A program made the position numbers and the translations under genes. Below the pieces are notes generated by a model. That model saw only the letters and a list, made by a program, of their open reading frames with translations, searched no databases and was not told the DNA's origin. A stretch of 64,000 nucleotides of DNA, from NCBI GenBank assembly GCA_016745075.1, contig JADGDD010000002.1, positions 130,034 through 194,033 on the forward strand, written 5' to 3'. Every line of letters begins with the position of its first letter. The first letter of the stretch is position 1. The DNA comes from Planctomycetota bacterium (lineage in GTDB: Bacteria; Planctomycetota; UBA11346). Positions 39,771 to 48,691 of this stretch are shown here, piece by piece.

Positions 39771-40625
39771 ATGATGATGACTCCGTATAGACGGCAAATA
39801 CTTGTGGCAGCAGCGCTGGCACTGCTTTCTGTGCTCTTGATGGTAACAGGGCTTACAGCAGCAGTGACCCGCTCTTTGGGGAGTGTGTTTGATCCGTGGC
39901 GAGCGGAGCGTATGGCAGAGGGTTTGGACAATAGTTCAGATGAAGGCCACAAAGAAGAGCAGACTATACAAGCGGTGAGCGTGGCTAATCATCGCTTGAA
40001 GGCCATTAACGCGGATCTGCGTCAGCGCTTGGCTGAATATGAAGCGATAGCGGGTGAAGGCGGCCAAGATCCGCAAACTGTTGTTGTTGCTCGTGTACAA
40101 GTTGTGTCTCAGAGCAGTCGAGAAGGACAAGAGCGTTCAGCTGTTATAGATGTGGATGGCGGCGCTTTAGATCACGTTAAATTGGGCATGGTCGCTATGG
40201 TGGGTTGGTGTCTTGTTGGCCAAGTTGCTGGAGAAGGAACGTATAGAAGTACTATTCGTTTAATTACAGATAAAGATAGTCGGGTACCAGCAACTTTATT
40301 TGCCGCAGATAGAGAACGCCCCGTTGCCGAAGGGGTATTGGCAGGTTCATCTAAGCCAGATCATTGTCGTTTACTCTATGTTGAAGATCATCCAGATTTA
40401 GAAGTAGAGCTGGGAATGCAGGTGTATACTTCTGGCTTGGCCGGCCACTTTCTACCGCATATGCCCTTGGGTGTAGTGACAGAAGCCCAAAGACAGGTGT
40501 CTAGTGATATGTGGAGCATAGAAGTTCGGCCACATTATCGCCTGTCAACTATTACCAATTTGTTAATTGCCGATTTTGAAAAACATACTGATACCACTCA
40601 AACAGAGGATAGAGAGCAAGAATGA
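39771..40625 (+). CDS. mreC: rod shape-determining protein MreC-like
   Basis: An N-terminal TM helix (ILVAAALALLSVLLMV) and a coiled-coil are followed by MreC beta-domain signatures (STIRLITDKDSRVPATL...GMQVYTSGLAGHFLPHMPLGVVT). Confidence 0.55.
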   Translation: MMMTPYRRQILVAAALALLSVLLMVTGLTAAVTRSLGSVFDPWRAERMAEGLDNSSDEGHKEEQTIQAVSVANHRLKAINADLRQRLAEYEAIAGEGGQDPQTVVVARVQVVSQSSREGQERSAVIDVDGGALDHVKLGMVAMVGWCLVGQVAGEGTYRSTIRLITDKDSRVPATLFAADRERPVAEGVLAGSSKPDHCRLLYVEDHPDLEVELGMQVYTSGLAGHFLPHMPLGVVTEAQRQVSSDMWSIEVRPHYRLSTITNLLIADFEKHTDTTQTEDREQE

Positions 40626-41416
40626 CACGTGTTTCTAGCAACTATCACACCCACACCGAGCGCTGCAAACATGCTACGGGAGACGTGCATGCTTATTGTG
40701 CGGCTGCTGATCAAGCAGGTCTTACCGTTCTTGGCATGTCTGATCATACGCCGCTTCCTAACGACCAATGGATAAGTGTACGGATGTATCTGTCTGAATT
40801 GGACGAGTATTGTGCAGAGATTGTAGCAGCCCGTGCTGCCTTTCCAGATATGCGCATTGCCACCGCCTTTGAATGTGAGCATGACGACGCGTGGCTCAGC
40901 TTTTTTAATGATGTTTTACTTGGTGAAAAGGGAGCTGACTACCTTATTGGTGCAGCGCATTGGTTCCCTCATCAAGGCGAATGGATGGGAACTTTTCGTA
41001 ATGTAATTACTCCAGAGCGCTTGCGCTCCTATACAGAATACCTCATTCGTATTATCGAAAACGATACTTATGCCTTCATAGCCCATCCAGATGTATTTGC
41101 TGCATCCTATTTAGAATGGGATGAGGAAGCAGAGGCCTGCACTCGCGCTATTTGTGAAGCAGCAGTTGCAAACAACAAACCGCTCGAAATAAATGGCTAT
41201 GGTTTGCGTAAACAGAAGGTACAGACACCATCAGGAGAGCGTTGCGTCTACCCATGGATTCCGTTTTGGGATTGTGCGGCAGAGTATAAGCTACAAGTGA
41301 TTGCGAATAGTGACGCGCATCGTCCACAAGATGTCGCCGCAAGTATTGTCGAAACCAAGGCATTTGCGATCGAACGTGGTCTGCAATTGTGGGAACCAGA
41401 TAGTAGCGTGTGGTAA
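40622..41416 (+). CDS. PHP-family histidinol-phosphatase-like phosphoesterase
   Basis: The N-terminus NYHTHTERCKHATG is the PHP H-x-H motif. The length is 264 aa, the size class of HisK/YcdX. Confidence 0.65.
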   Translation: MTRVSSNYHTHTERCKHATGDVHAYCAAADQAGLTVLGMSDHTPLPNDQWISVRMYLSELDEYCAEIVAARAAFPDMRIATAFECEHDDAWLSFFNDVLLGEKGADYLIGAAHWFPHQGEWMGTFRNVITPERLRSYTEYLIRIIENDTYAFIAHPDVFAASYLEWDEEAEACTRAICEAAVANNKPLEINGYGLRKQKVQTPSGERCVYPWIPFWDCAAEYKLQVIANSDAHRPQDVAASIVETKAFAIERGLQLWEPDSSVW

Positions 41417-41461
41417 GATGCACATGTACACCGTGTGCCAGATGAAAGGGGAAGTCATCTT

Positions 41462-41917
41462 ATGATCAGCATTGATAACCTTAGACAGTATTCTCTTTTT
41501 GGTGGCATTACTGATGACATGTTGGAATATATTATTTCTCTCATGCAAAGGCGAGAAATCAATTCTGGTGAAAAAATAGTCGAACAAAGCGGCCCCGGTG
41601 GAGAAGTCTATTTTATATTAGAAGGCGAAGTGCAGGTTGTTATTGATGGTGTAGAAGTGTCTACTTTAAAAGCGGGTGAACAATTTGGTGAAATGCACAT
41701 GATCGACATAGAGCCGCGTAGTGCCACCGCCATTGCCAAAGGGCCAGTTGTGGTATTCATTCTAAAACAGATAGATATGTTTCGTATCCGTAATAAATGC
41801 CAAGAATCATTTATTATGTTGCTTATGAATTGTAGTAGAGATATCAGTCGTCGTTTGCGTACGATGAATGATAAATATGTTCGATTGCAAGATGGCTTGT
41901 CTGAAAAAGATACGTAA
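41462..41917 (+). CDS. cyclic nucleotide-binding domain protein
   Basis: cNMP-binding beta-barrel motifs are present: GEVYFILEGEV...AGEQFGEMHMID...RSATAIA. Confidence 0.7.
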   Translation: MISIDNLRQYSLFGGITDDMLEYIISLMQRREINSGEKIVEQSGPGGEVYFILEGEVQVVIDGVEVSTLKAGEQFGEMHMIDIEPRSATAIAKGPVVVFILKQIDMFRIRNKCQESFIMLLMNCSRDISRRLRTMNDKYVRLQDGLSEKDT

Positions 41918-42142
41918 AAGAAGATCAAGGTTTAATGATCCTGAATACTATTATATATGTTGTTGGGCAAAGACTCCTTTTCTTTTTAAGGAAGAGGTGC
42001 TCGTATGATCTATTGGCTACGCAATATTATTTTTCGTGGAAACAATGTGGCCGGCTCTTTGAACGTTCTCTGTATGACACCGAGCGAAGAATGCTTATGA
42101 GACAAACAAAAAGAAAATCTCTCTTATTATGTGTGAGCTATA

Positions 42143-44587
42143 ATGTCGAGTGAAAATAGTGAACATAAGAAAGTCGTTTGTACGCATTGTGGTCTTGACG
42201 TTCCGCGCGGCTTACAGGTAGATGGCGCAGAACATCAATTTTGCTGTAGTGGTTGCCGTACCGTGTATGCATTATTGCATGACCAAGGCATGGGTGATTT
42301 TTATGACTTGCGAGAGAGCTGTGGCATTAGTCGGCCACAGGAACAGCAACCGCCAGAACCACTGTCAGTATCGCAGGCAGAAAGTGTAGAAGCGGCAATT
42401 GTACGTGATGAAAGCGGTCAGTGTTCTTTGCGTTTGTATGTGGCGGGTATTCATTGTGCAGCCTGTGTTTGGTTACTGGAACGTTTACCACAATTTGTTG
42501 ATGGAGTTATCAGCGCTCGTCTTCATTTTGCTGAAAGCCGCCTTGATGTGGTTTGGGATGAGGGCCGCGTTGATGGTCAAGCGGTAGTCCTCGGTATTAC
42601 TCGTTTAGGGTATACGCCCAGTGTTTGGGTTGATAATGAAGCGTGGCAACGTTCTCGAAAAGAGCGTCGCACATGGGTGTTACGTTTTGCCATTGCCGCC
42701 GCCTGTGCCATGGGGACTATGCATTTGGGACTCAATATTTTTGCCGGTGAATATACTCAAGATTTAAGTAGTGAAGGCGCAGCGTGGTTTGCATGGTTAT
42801 CATGTCTCGTATGCCTGCCTGTTATTGGTTATTGCGCTCAACCCTATTTTCGCGCTGCCCGTGCTGCGCTTCGTTTGCGGCAATTAAGTTTAGATGTCAA
42901 TATTGCCGTTGTTATTGCGGTCGGTTTTACTGCAAGTGTCTTTAATATGTTACGTGGCAGTACTGATCTCTATTTTGATGCCATTGCCATGTTTGTCTGC
43001 TTTTTGTTAGGTGGTCGTCTTATTTTATTATGGGCTCAAGATAAGACATTGCGACGCACAGATGCGATGGAACGTTTATTGCCATCACGAGCCAGAGTTG
43101 TGGGTGAGGAGAGCGCAAAAGAAACCACTCTTCAAGTAGAGAACTGTGGTCGATTGGTTCCGATAAATATGGTACAAGTGGGTGATTGCCTTGCTGTAGG
43201 GCATGGTGAAATTATTCCTTGTGATGGTGTGTTGGTTTCTTCGCAGGCAGAAATCAATGCGGCAGTACTCAGCGGAGAATCCCGTACACTTCATTGTACT
43301 GTTGGCCAAGAGCTCTTTGCTGGTTGTACGAATAGCGGAGATCCTTTGATTGTACGTGTTGGGGTTTTACAAGGACAGTCACGGATGGCGGTGTTACTGA
43401 ATCAATTACGAGAACAACAGCCATCACAAGACACCATGAGTTTGATGATCGAACGAGTGCAGGCTTACTTTGCTCCGTTGGTTGCTGTACTTGCCCTTGG
43501 TACATGGCTGTGGTGGGCACAGGAAAGCCAAGAAGCTGCGTGGACTCAGGCGCTTGCAATCATACTGGTCTGTTGTCCTTGTGCCCTTGGTCTGGCTGCA
43601 CCGCTTACTTGGGCAATTACAGTTATGCGTCTTGTGCGCAAAAAAATATTTGTTCGTAACCCGAGTGTCTTTGAACGTATTCATGTATTAGATCATGTGG
43701 TTTTTGATAAAACAGGAACGCTTACCGAAGGGAAAATGCGTGTTGCTAACTGGCAATGGACAGAACAAAATATTCTAGCGCCAGATTTATGCGAGTCATT
43801 AGTGCTAACGATTCAACAGCGTAGCGATCACCCAATCGCTCAAGCCATGACTCATTATTGTTTAGAACGTGTACGGCAGTTAGAGGACAGCTGTACAAAT
43901 ATCCAAGAAACAATAGGTCAAGGCATGTCTGCTGTGTATGCTGCAAAAACAATTCGCATAGGTAACAGTGCATGGCTTGATATGACATTGCCAGAAACAG
44001 AACAAATTTGTATCGGCATCAGTTACGATAGCACACTAGTCGCTCATGTCTTTATAGATGATGTTGTGCGCCCAGAAGCAGCAGACCTTGTTCAGCGGTT
44101 TACAAACCAAGGCACACAAGTGCACATGTGTTCTGGTGATCGTCAACAAGTCTGTACTCATATCGCCACGCAAATAGGTATCAAAGATGTGCAGGCCGAA
44201 CACAGTCCAGAAGACAAGGCAGCCTATATACAACAGCTTACAGGTACAGTGCTCATGGTTGGTGATGGCTTGAATGACAGCCTTGCCCTCAAAGAAGCTG
44301 ATATTTCGATAAGTGTGCGTGGTGGTTTAGAGGCAGCGCTTGGTAGTACCCACGCTTATCTTGCCGCTTCACCACTTGCCGATCTCGCCTCTTTGCTGAC
44401 AACGGCAGTCCGTGTACGAGCTACTGTCCGTTTGTGCCTCTGGGTATCGTTGCTCTACAATATCATCGGTGTTGTCTGTGTCGCCGCAGGCTGGTGGGGC
44501 CCACTCATCTGTGCCGTTGCCATGCCGCTCAGCTCCCTAAGTGTTATCGGTCTTGTTCTACTTCGTATCCCATCTCAGAATAAGTAA
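42143..44587 (+). CDS. heavy metal-translocating P1B-type ATPase (copper-type, CcoI/FixI-like N-terminus)
   Basis: The N-terminus is Cys-rich (CTHCG...CCSGC). An HMA domain (GIHCAAC), the CPC motif (CCPCALG), DKTGTLTEG and GDGLNDS are all present. Confidence 0.85.
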   Translation: MSSENSEHKKVVCTHCGLDVPRGLQVDGAEHQFCCSGCRTVYALLHDQGMGDFYDLRESCGISRPQEQQPPEPLSVSQAESVEAAIVRDESGQCSLRLYVAGIHCAACVWLLERLPQFVDGVISARLHFAESRLDVVWDEGRVDGQAVVLGITRLGYTPSVWVDNEAWQRSRKERRTWVLRFAIAAACAMGTMHLGLNIFAGEYTQDLSSEGAAWFAWLSCLVCLPVIGYCAQPYFRAARAALRLRQLSLDVNIAVVIAVGFTASVFNMLRGSTDLYFDAIAMFVCFLLGGRLILLWAQDKTLRRTDAMERLLPSRARVVGEESAKETTLQVENCGRLVPINMVQVGDCLAVGHGEIIPCDGVLVSSQAEINAAVLSGESRTLHCTVGQELFAGCTNSGDPLIVRVGVLQGQSRMAVLLNQLREQQPSQDTMSLMIERVQAYFAPLVAVLALGTWLWWAQESQEAAWTQALAIILVCCPCALGLAAPLTWAITVMRLVRKKIFVRNPSVFERIHVLDHVVFDKTGTLTEGKMRVANWQWTEQNILAPDLCESLVLTIQQRSDHPIAQAMTHYCLERVRQLEDSCTNIQETIGQGMSAVYAAKTIRIGNSAWLDMTLPETEQICIGISYDSTLVAHVFIDDVVRPEAADLVQRFTNQGTQVHMCSGDRQQVCTHIATQIGIKDVQAEHSPEDKAAYIQQLTGTVLMVGDGLNDSLALKEADISISVRGGLEAALGSTHAYLAASPLADLASLLTTAVRVRATVRLCLWVSLLYNIIGVVCVAAGWWGPLICAVAMPLSSLSVIGLVLLRIPSQNK

Positions 44588-44670
44588 CCTTACAGAAGAC
44601 CGCTTCTATCAGTAAGCGGTAACTGATGTGACGATGCAAGAGAACCGCCACTCGACATTGTCTATTTGCC

Positions 44671-45222
44671 ATGACGATGCCGCTCATGAAGAAATTAGGC
44701 TGTCTGTTTTTTATCGTGATCTTGGCAGTGCTGGCTGTTGAGGGCTGGGTGCTTACCCTCGTTGCGGATTGGTGGCGACCAGGAGCAGACTCAGAATACT
44801 TTGGAGCCATTCTGGTGCTTATTGGTCTGAGCATCTTTGGCGTAACTTTGGTGCGTAAAAAAGCTGCTTCTATTATGCCATCAGTAATGGCAGGAGATTT
44901 TGGTGGTGCTGCCGTTGGGTTATTAGGTGGCATACTTATTATCATTCCCGGGTTTATTACCGGAGCCATTGGACTACTCGCGCAATTGCCACCTGTACAA
45001 AAAATGTTCGCAAAAACAGCGGGCACTATTATGGGTGCAGTGATCCGTCAGATGGTTGGACGTATGGGCGGGCAAATGCCCGGCATGGGTGCAGGTATGC
45101 CAGGTGGTTTTCCCGGAGGGTTTCCAGGTATGCCAACAGGCGGTTTGACCCCAGATGAATCTATCCCAAAACCACATAAGAAAGTAAAGGGTGGCCGTAC
45201 CTTTGATGTACGGAAAGAGTAA
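44671..45222 (+). CDS. fxsA: FxsA family inner-membrane protein
   Basis: Two TM helices and the FxsA signature ILIIIPGFITGAIGLLAQLPP are present. The C-terminus is Gly/Pro/Met-rich. Confidence 0.6.
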   Translation: MTMPLMKKLGCLFFIVILAVLAVEGWVLTLVADWWRPGADSEYFGAILVLIGLSIFGVTLVRKKAASIMPSVMAGDFGGAAVGLLGGILIIIPGFITGAIGLLAQLPPVQKMFAKTAGTIMGAVIRQMVGRMGGQMPGMGAGMPGGFPGGFPGMPTGGLTPDESIPKPHKKVKGGRTFDVRKE

Positions 45223-45287
45223 TCTTTAAGAAACGTTTTTTGTTCTGTTTTTTTGCGATTAATGACGGTAGGTACAGTAGAGAAGCC

Positions 45288-46136
45288 TTAGCCGACCGCT
45301 GCTGCGGGCCTGCCGATAGCTTGATGCATAGCCATAATATCGTCAAGTAATGCACCCAGCTCATTTAGAGCAATCATATTTGGCCCATCACTTTTTGCGA
45401 TGCTGGGGTCTATATGCGTTTCTACAAAAAGCCCTTCTACCCCAACGGCCATAGCAGCCCGAGCCATAGAGGGAGCAAGATAGCCGTTACCGCCAGAGCT
45501 GGTGCCGTTGCCGCCGGGTGCCTGTACAGAGTGGGTGGCATCATAAATAACAGGTACACCGCAGGAACGGATAATAGGGAGGGCGCGCATATCGCTCACC
45601 AAGGTATTGTAGCCAAAGCTGGTGCCGCGTTCAATGATAATGAGTTTGCCAGCACCTGCGCGGCTTTGATATTTATCTATCAATGGGCGGCAATCCCATG
45701 GAGCCATAAACTGGCCTTTTTTGATACTGGTTGGCAGGCCGCTGTCTGCACAGGCGAGAACCAAATCTGTTTGCCGAGATAAGAGCGCCGGTAATTGAAT
45801 AAGGTCAACGGTCTGGGCAAGCGCTTCAACTTGATGGACTTCATGAACATCGGTGGTAATAGGTAGGCCCGTTTCTGTGCGAACATCAGCCAGCATCCGC
45901 AATCCTTCGATGAGGCCTGGTCCACGAAAGCCTTCATGGCTTGTGCGGTTGGCTTTATCAAAGCTGGCTTTAAAAATAATAGGTACATCTTTTTCTTTGG
46001 AGAGCGCTGCTAGTTGCTTGCCAATCGTGTGTAGAATTTCTTCGCTTTCAATGACGCAGGGACCAAAAATAAATACGGGTTTTTCACCACCGATAAGATG
46101 TGAGTCAGTAATACGAACAGGAGTAATGGCAGTCAT
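45288..46136 (-). CDS. kdsA: 3-deoxy-8-phosphooctulonate synthase (KDO8P synthase)
   Basis: The match to KdsA runs the whole length (FGPCVIES...FKASFDKANRTS...QLPALLSRQTDL...IKKGQFMAPWD...ERGTSFGYN...DATHSVQ). Confidence 0.9.
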   Translation of the reverse strand: MTAITPVRITDSHLIGGEKPVFIFGPCVIESEEILHTIGKQLAALSKEKDVPIIFKASFDKANRTSHEGFRGPGLIEGLRMLADVRTETGLPITTDVHEVHQVEALAQTVDLIQLPALLSRQTDLVLACADSGLPTSIKKGQFMAPWDCRPLIDKYQSRAGAGKLIIIERGTSFGYNTLVSDMRALPIIRSCGVPVIYDATHSVQAPGGNGTSSGGNGYLAPSMARAAMAVGVEGLFVETHIDPSIAKSDGPNMIALNELGALLDDIMAMHQAIGRPAAAVG

Positions 46137-46272
46137 GGCAAAATCTCAGAAAGGAGGCAGCAGGAGAATGTTAGCATAGTCTGAACGAATAGAAGCTGGG
46201 CAAGTTGAAAGAATTTGGGAGCAAACAGCCACTTGCCTTAGAACGACTGTGTGCAGAGTGATAAAGAGACAC

Positions 46273-47526
46273 ATGGCAGATATTTTCGGACGCATCAAAC
46301 AGCATATAGGCAAGGTTATCTTGCTTGGGGCATTCCTGACTGCCGCGGTAGGGTGTATTGCGTTTTTTCTCGCGTTTCGTCCTTGTGCGGTGCAGCTTTC
46401 TGAAGGTGATATGTTTACCTACACCGTTCGTACAGAAGAAACAGTCTTGCTGTCTGTGCCGCGTGATGAAGGTGGCGTGGTTGTTGAGCGTGGTAAAACA
46501 CGAGTGTCTGAAGAAGAAGTTGTTTTATTATGCGTTGGCCCAAACAATGAAGTGGTTATGGTTGGTCAACGTGCGGATGGTGGGTTTGGAGATCAAATTC
46601 AACATCTACGAATAGACAAACGTGGTAAAGTACAGTCAGCAGGCCCAGCCCAGCAAACATCAAATGGGCTATCAGGGCCACAAACTGGTGTATCTGCTAA
46701 AAGTGTGGTTGGTCGTTTTTTTGATTTTAATTTATTGCCCTTACCCGAAAGTATTGAGCAAGAGTGGACAGTGCCTATTACCTATGGGGCATTGCCGGCA
46801 CCACAAAATGTGGTGGATGCGCGGGTGAAGCGTGTTGAAAATGGTTTACATCCGTTGTTTGAAATGAAGATCGATTCAGTTGAATGGGTGGAAGACCGTT
46901 CTAGACGAACCGAACATTATAACCGTTTAGCAGATGCACGTTGTCGTTATCGTTATAATTCTCGTCAGAACCTTGTAAGTGAGGCCGATTTTTTCTGTCG
47001 TTATGCCCAAGAAAATCCATATTCAAAAGAATATGATGAAATTGAAGTTGCCGTGCAAATGCGTTTGCGTGAATGGAAACAAAACGAACGTCCAGAAATC
47101 ATTTCTGATTTAGCACTCGCATCCGTGCGTGTGCAACAGGGTGGTATTCATGCAGAACAGCAGAGAAAACTCATTCGGCATTTGGTTTCGCAAGCAGAGT
47201 CTGCACCACGATTACAGGCTTTGGCTCGCCGTTTAGCTGGCATGGAGGCAGGAAGTAATTCTACAACAGGTCGGCTTCAGCGTGCAGCTGCTCAAGAAGG
47301 CTGGGCGGTACAGGTGGCAAGTGTGCCTAGGGCACGTCGTCCACGTGCACAGCAAGTTGTTGATGGCTTGCGTGAAGAAGGGTATCAAGCATGGCTGCGA
47401 GAAAAAGGTCAGTATGTGACGATCTGTGTAGGCCCATGGGCGCAAAAAAATAAATCTGCGATGCATAAATTGCAGCAAAAATTTGCCAGCCAGCAACCAT
47501 TTTGGATTAAGGTCAATGTTCGCTAA
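46273..47526 (+). CDS. hypothetical membrane-anchored protein with a C-terminal SPOR (peptidoglycan-binding) domain
   Basis: An N-terminal TM helix (VILLGAFLTAAVGCIAFFLAF) is followed, at the C-terminus, by a SPOR-like beta-alpha-beta-beta pattern (GWAVQVASVPRARRPRAQQVVDGLREEGYQAW...YVTICVGPWAQ). Confidence 0.5.
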   Translation: MADIFGRIKQHIGKVILLGAFLTAAVGCIAFFLAFRPCAVQLSEGDMFTYTVRTEETVLLSVPRDEGGVVVERGKTRVSEEEVVLLCVGPNNEVVMVGQRADGGFGDQIQHLRIDKRGKVQSAGPAQQTSNGLSGPQTGVSAKSVVGRFFDFNLLPLPESIEQEWTVPITYGALPAPQNVVDARVKRVENGLHPLFEMKIDSVEWVEDRSRRTEHYNRLADARCRYRYNSRQNLVSEADFFCRYAQENPYSKEYDEIEVAVQMRLREWKQNERPEIISDLALASVRVQQGGIHAEQQRKLIRHLVSQAESAPRLQALARRLAGMEAGSNSTTGRLQRAAAQEGWAVQVASVPRARRPRAQQVVDGLREEGYQAWLREKGQYVTICVGPWAQKNKSAMHKLQQKFASQQPFWIKVNVR

Positions 47527-48691
47527 ACACAGGTTCGCTCAACAAATATTTGTTAAACAATGGCGTTCTCTTTGTCTCTCTGCTTGTATCTACTACGGCA
47601 TCTGTAACGGATTGATTGGCCACCAAGTTGCAGCAGCAGAAGTCGTAGCTATTGATTTGGCAGAGATATATGCGGCACAGACTCTTGAGATAAAAGACCA
47701 GCATTTAAGAGAACAGTGGGAGTCTTTATTTGCTACAGATCCAGGTTGGATACCAGAACGTATACTGTGGATTCGAGAATCAGATCAGGCGCAGCGTTTA
47801 TTAGCAGCACGTTTGCTGTACCGTGGCAAGCCGTGGAAAGTGCTTCGCCGTCGCTACCCTGCTGATGAAAAATCAGAAGTTTCCGTGAACGATGGCTTCG
47901 TACAGGACCATATTTTACGAGAGTGGCGCTGGAATCCCTCCTTAGCCTATATTCCTGTATATGAGAAATATATCGCTAGTGATATGGAACCTCGGTATAT
48001 TCTGCAAGCTTTGATCAATTTAGAGGAACTTGCACCAGAACGTGCCTTTTCCTTGGGTTTGCGATTATTAGATGAAGATGCTCAAGACGCATTGCCACAA
48101 GCAAAACTCGCGTCTATGCGTCGGCAAGCCTTGGCCTTTGTTGTGCAACATGCCCAGACACAGATTGTTGAGCAAGCTCCACATCCACATACAGCCATCT
48201 GTGCAGCGTTAGAACGGGCACTTACCCAAGGCAGTGATCGAGATCGTTTTGCTGCCTGCCAAGTGCTACACGGTCAGGCATGGTGTTTACCCTTTCACCA
48301 ACTTGCTTTGGATGTGCTCTTGAGCCGTTACAAGGAACAACGTTTATCAGAGGTTGATCGATTAGCACTTGTGACCTTGCTTGCTCAGAGTGATGCCTTG
48401 TCATTGAAAGCGAGAGTCGAGAGCTTTATTGGTATTGTTGAAAAAGCAGAACCAGCGCTGGCTATTTTATCTGCATCAATTCTTGGGCGAACAGGGATGC
48501 TTGTTCCAGAACAGCGCCGTCGGTTGATCGCGCTCGCTAGCCTGCGTGTTGACCGTACCAGTTCTTTACCATTACGAGAAGCCTTACTTGGTTTGCTTGC
48601 AAGATTGGACCCCAAAACAGCTCAAGAAAAAGCGGGTGTAGACAGCCCATGGGTTGATTTATCTGCTCACAGAAAAGATTTACGTCGCTAA
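47516..48691 (+). CDS. hypothetical alpha-helical (HEAT/ARM-like) protein
   Basis: The ORF is all-helical and Leu/Ala/Arg-rich. Its longest form begins at a TTG, so I used the first ATG at 47516. The 3' end overlaps the convergent aas gene by 12 nt. Confidence 0.35.
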   Translation: MFAKHRFAQQIFVKQWRSLCLSACIYYGICNGLIGHQVAAAEVVAIDLAEIYAAQTLEIKDQHLREQWESLFATDPGWIPERILWIRESDQAQRLLAARLLYRGKPWKVLRRRYPADEKSEVSVNDGFVQDHILREWRWNPSLAYIPVYEKYIASDMEPRYILQALINLEELAPERAFSLGLRLLDEDAQDALPQAKLASMRRQALAFVVQHAQTQIVEQAPHPHTAICAALERALTQGSDRDRFAACQVLHGQAWCLPFHQLALDVLLSRYKEQRLSEVDRLALVTLLAQSDALSLKARVESFIGIVEKAEPALAILSASILGRTGMLVPEQRRRLIALASLRVDRTSSLPLREALLGLLARLDPKTAQEKAGVDSPWVDLSAHRKDLRR

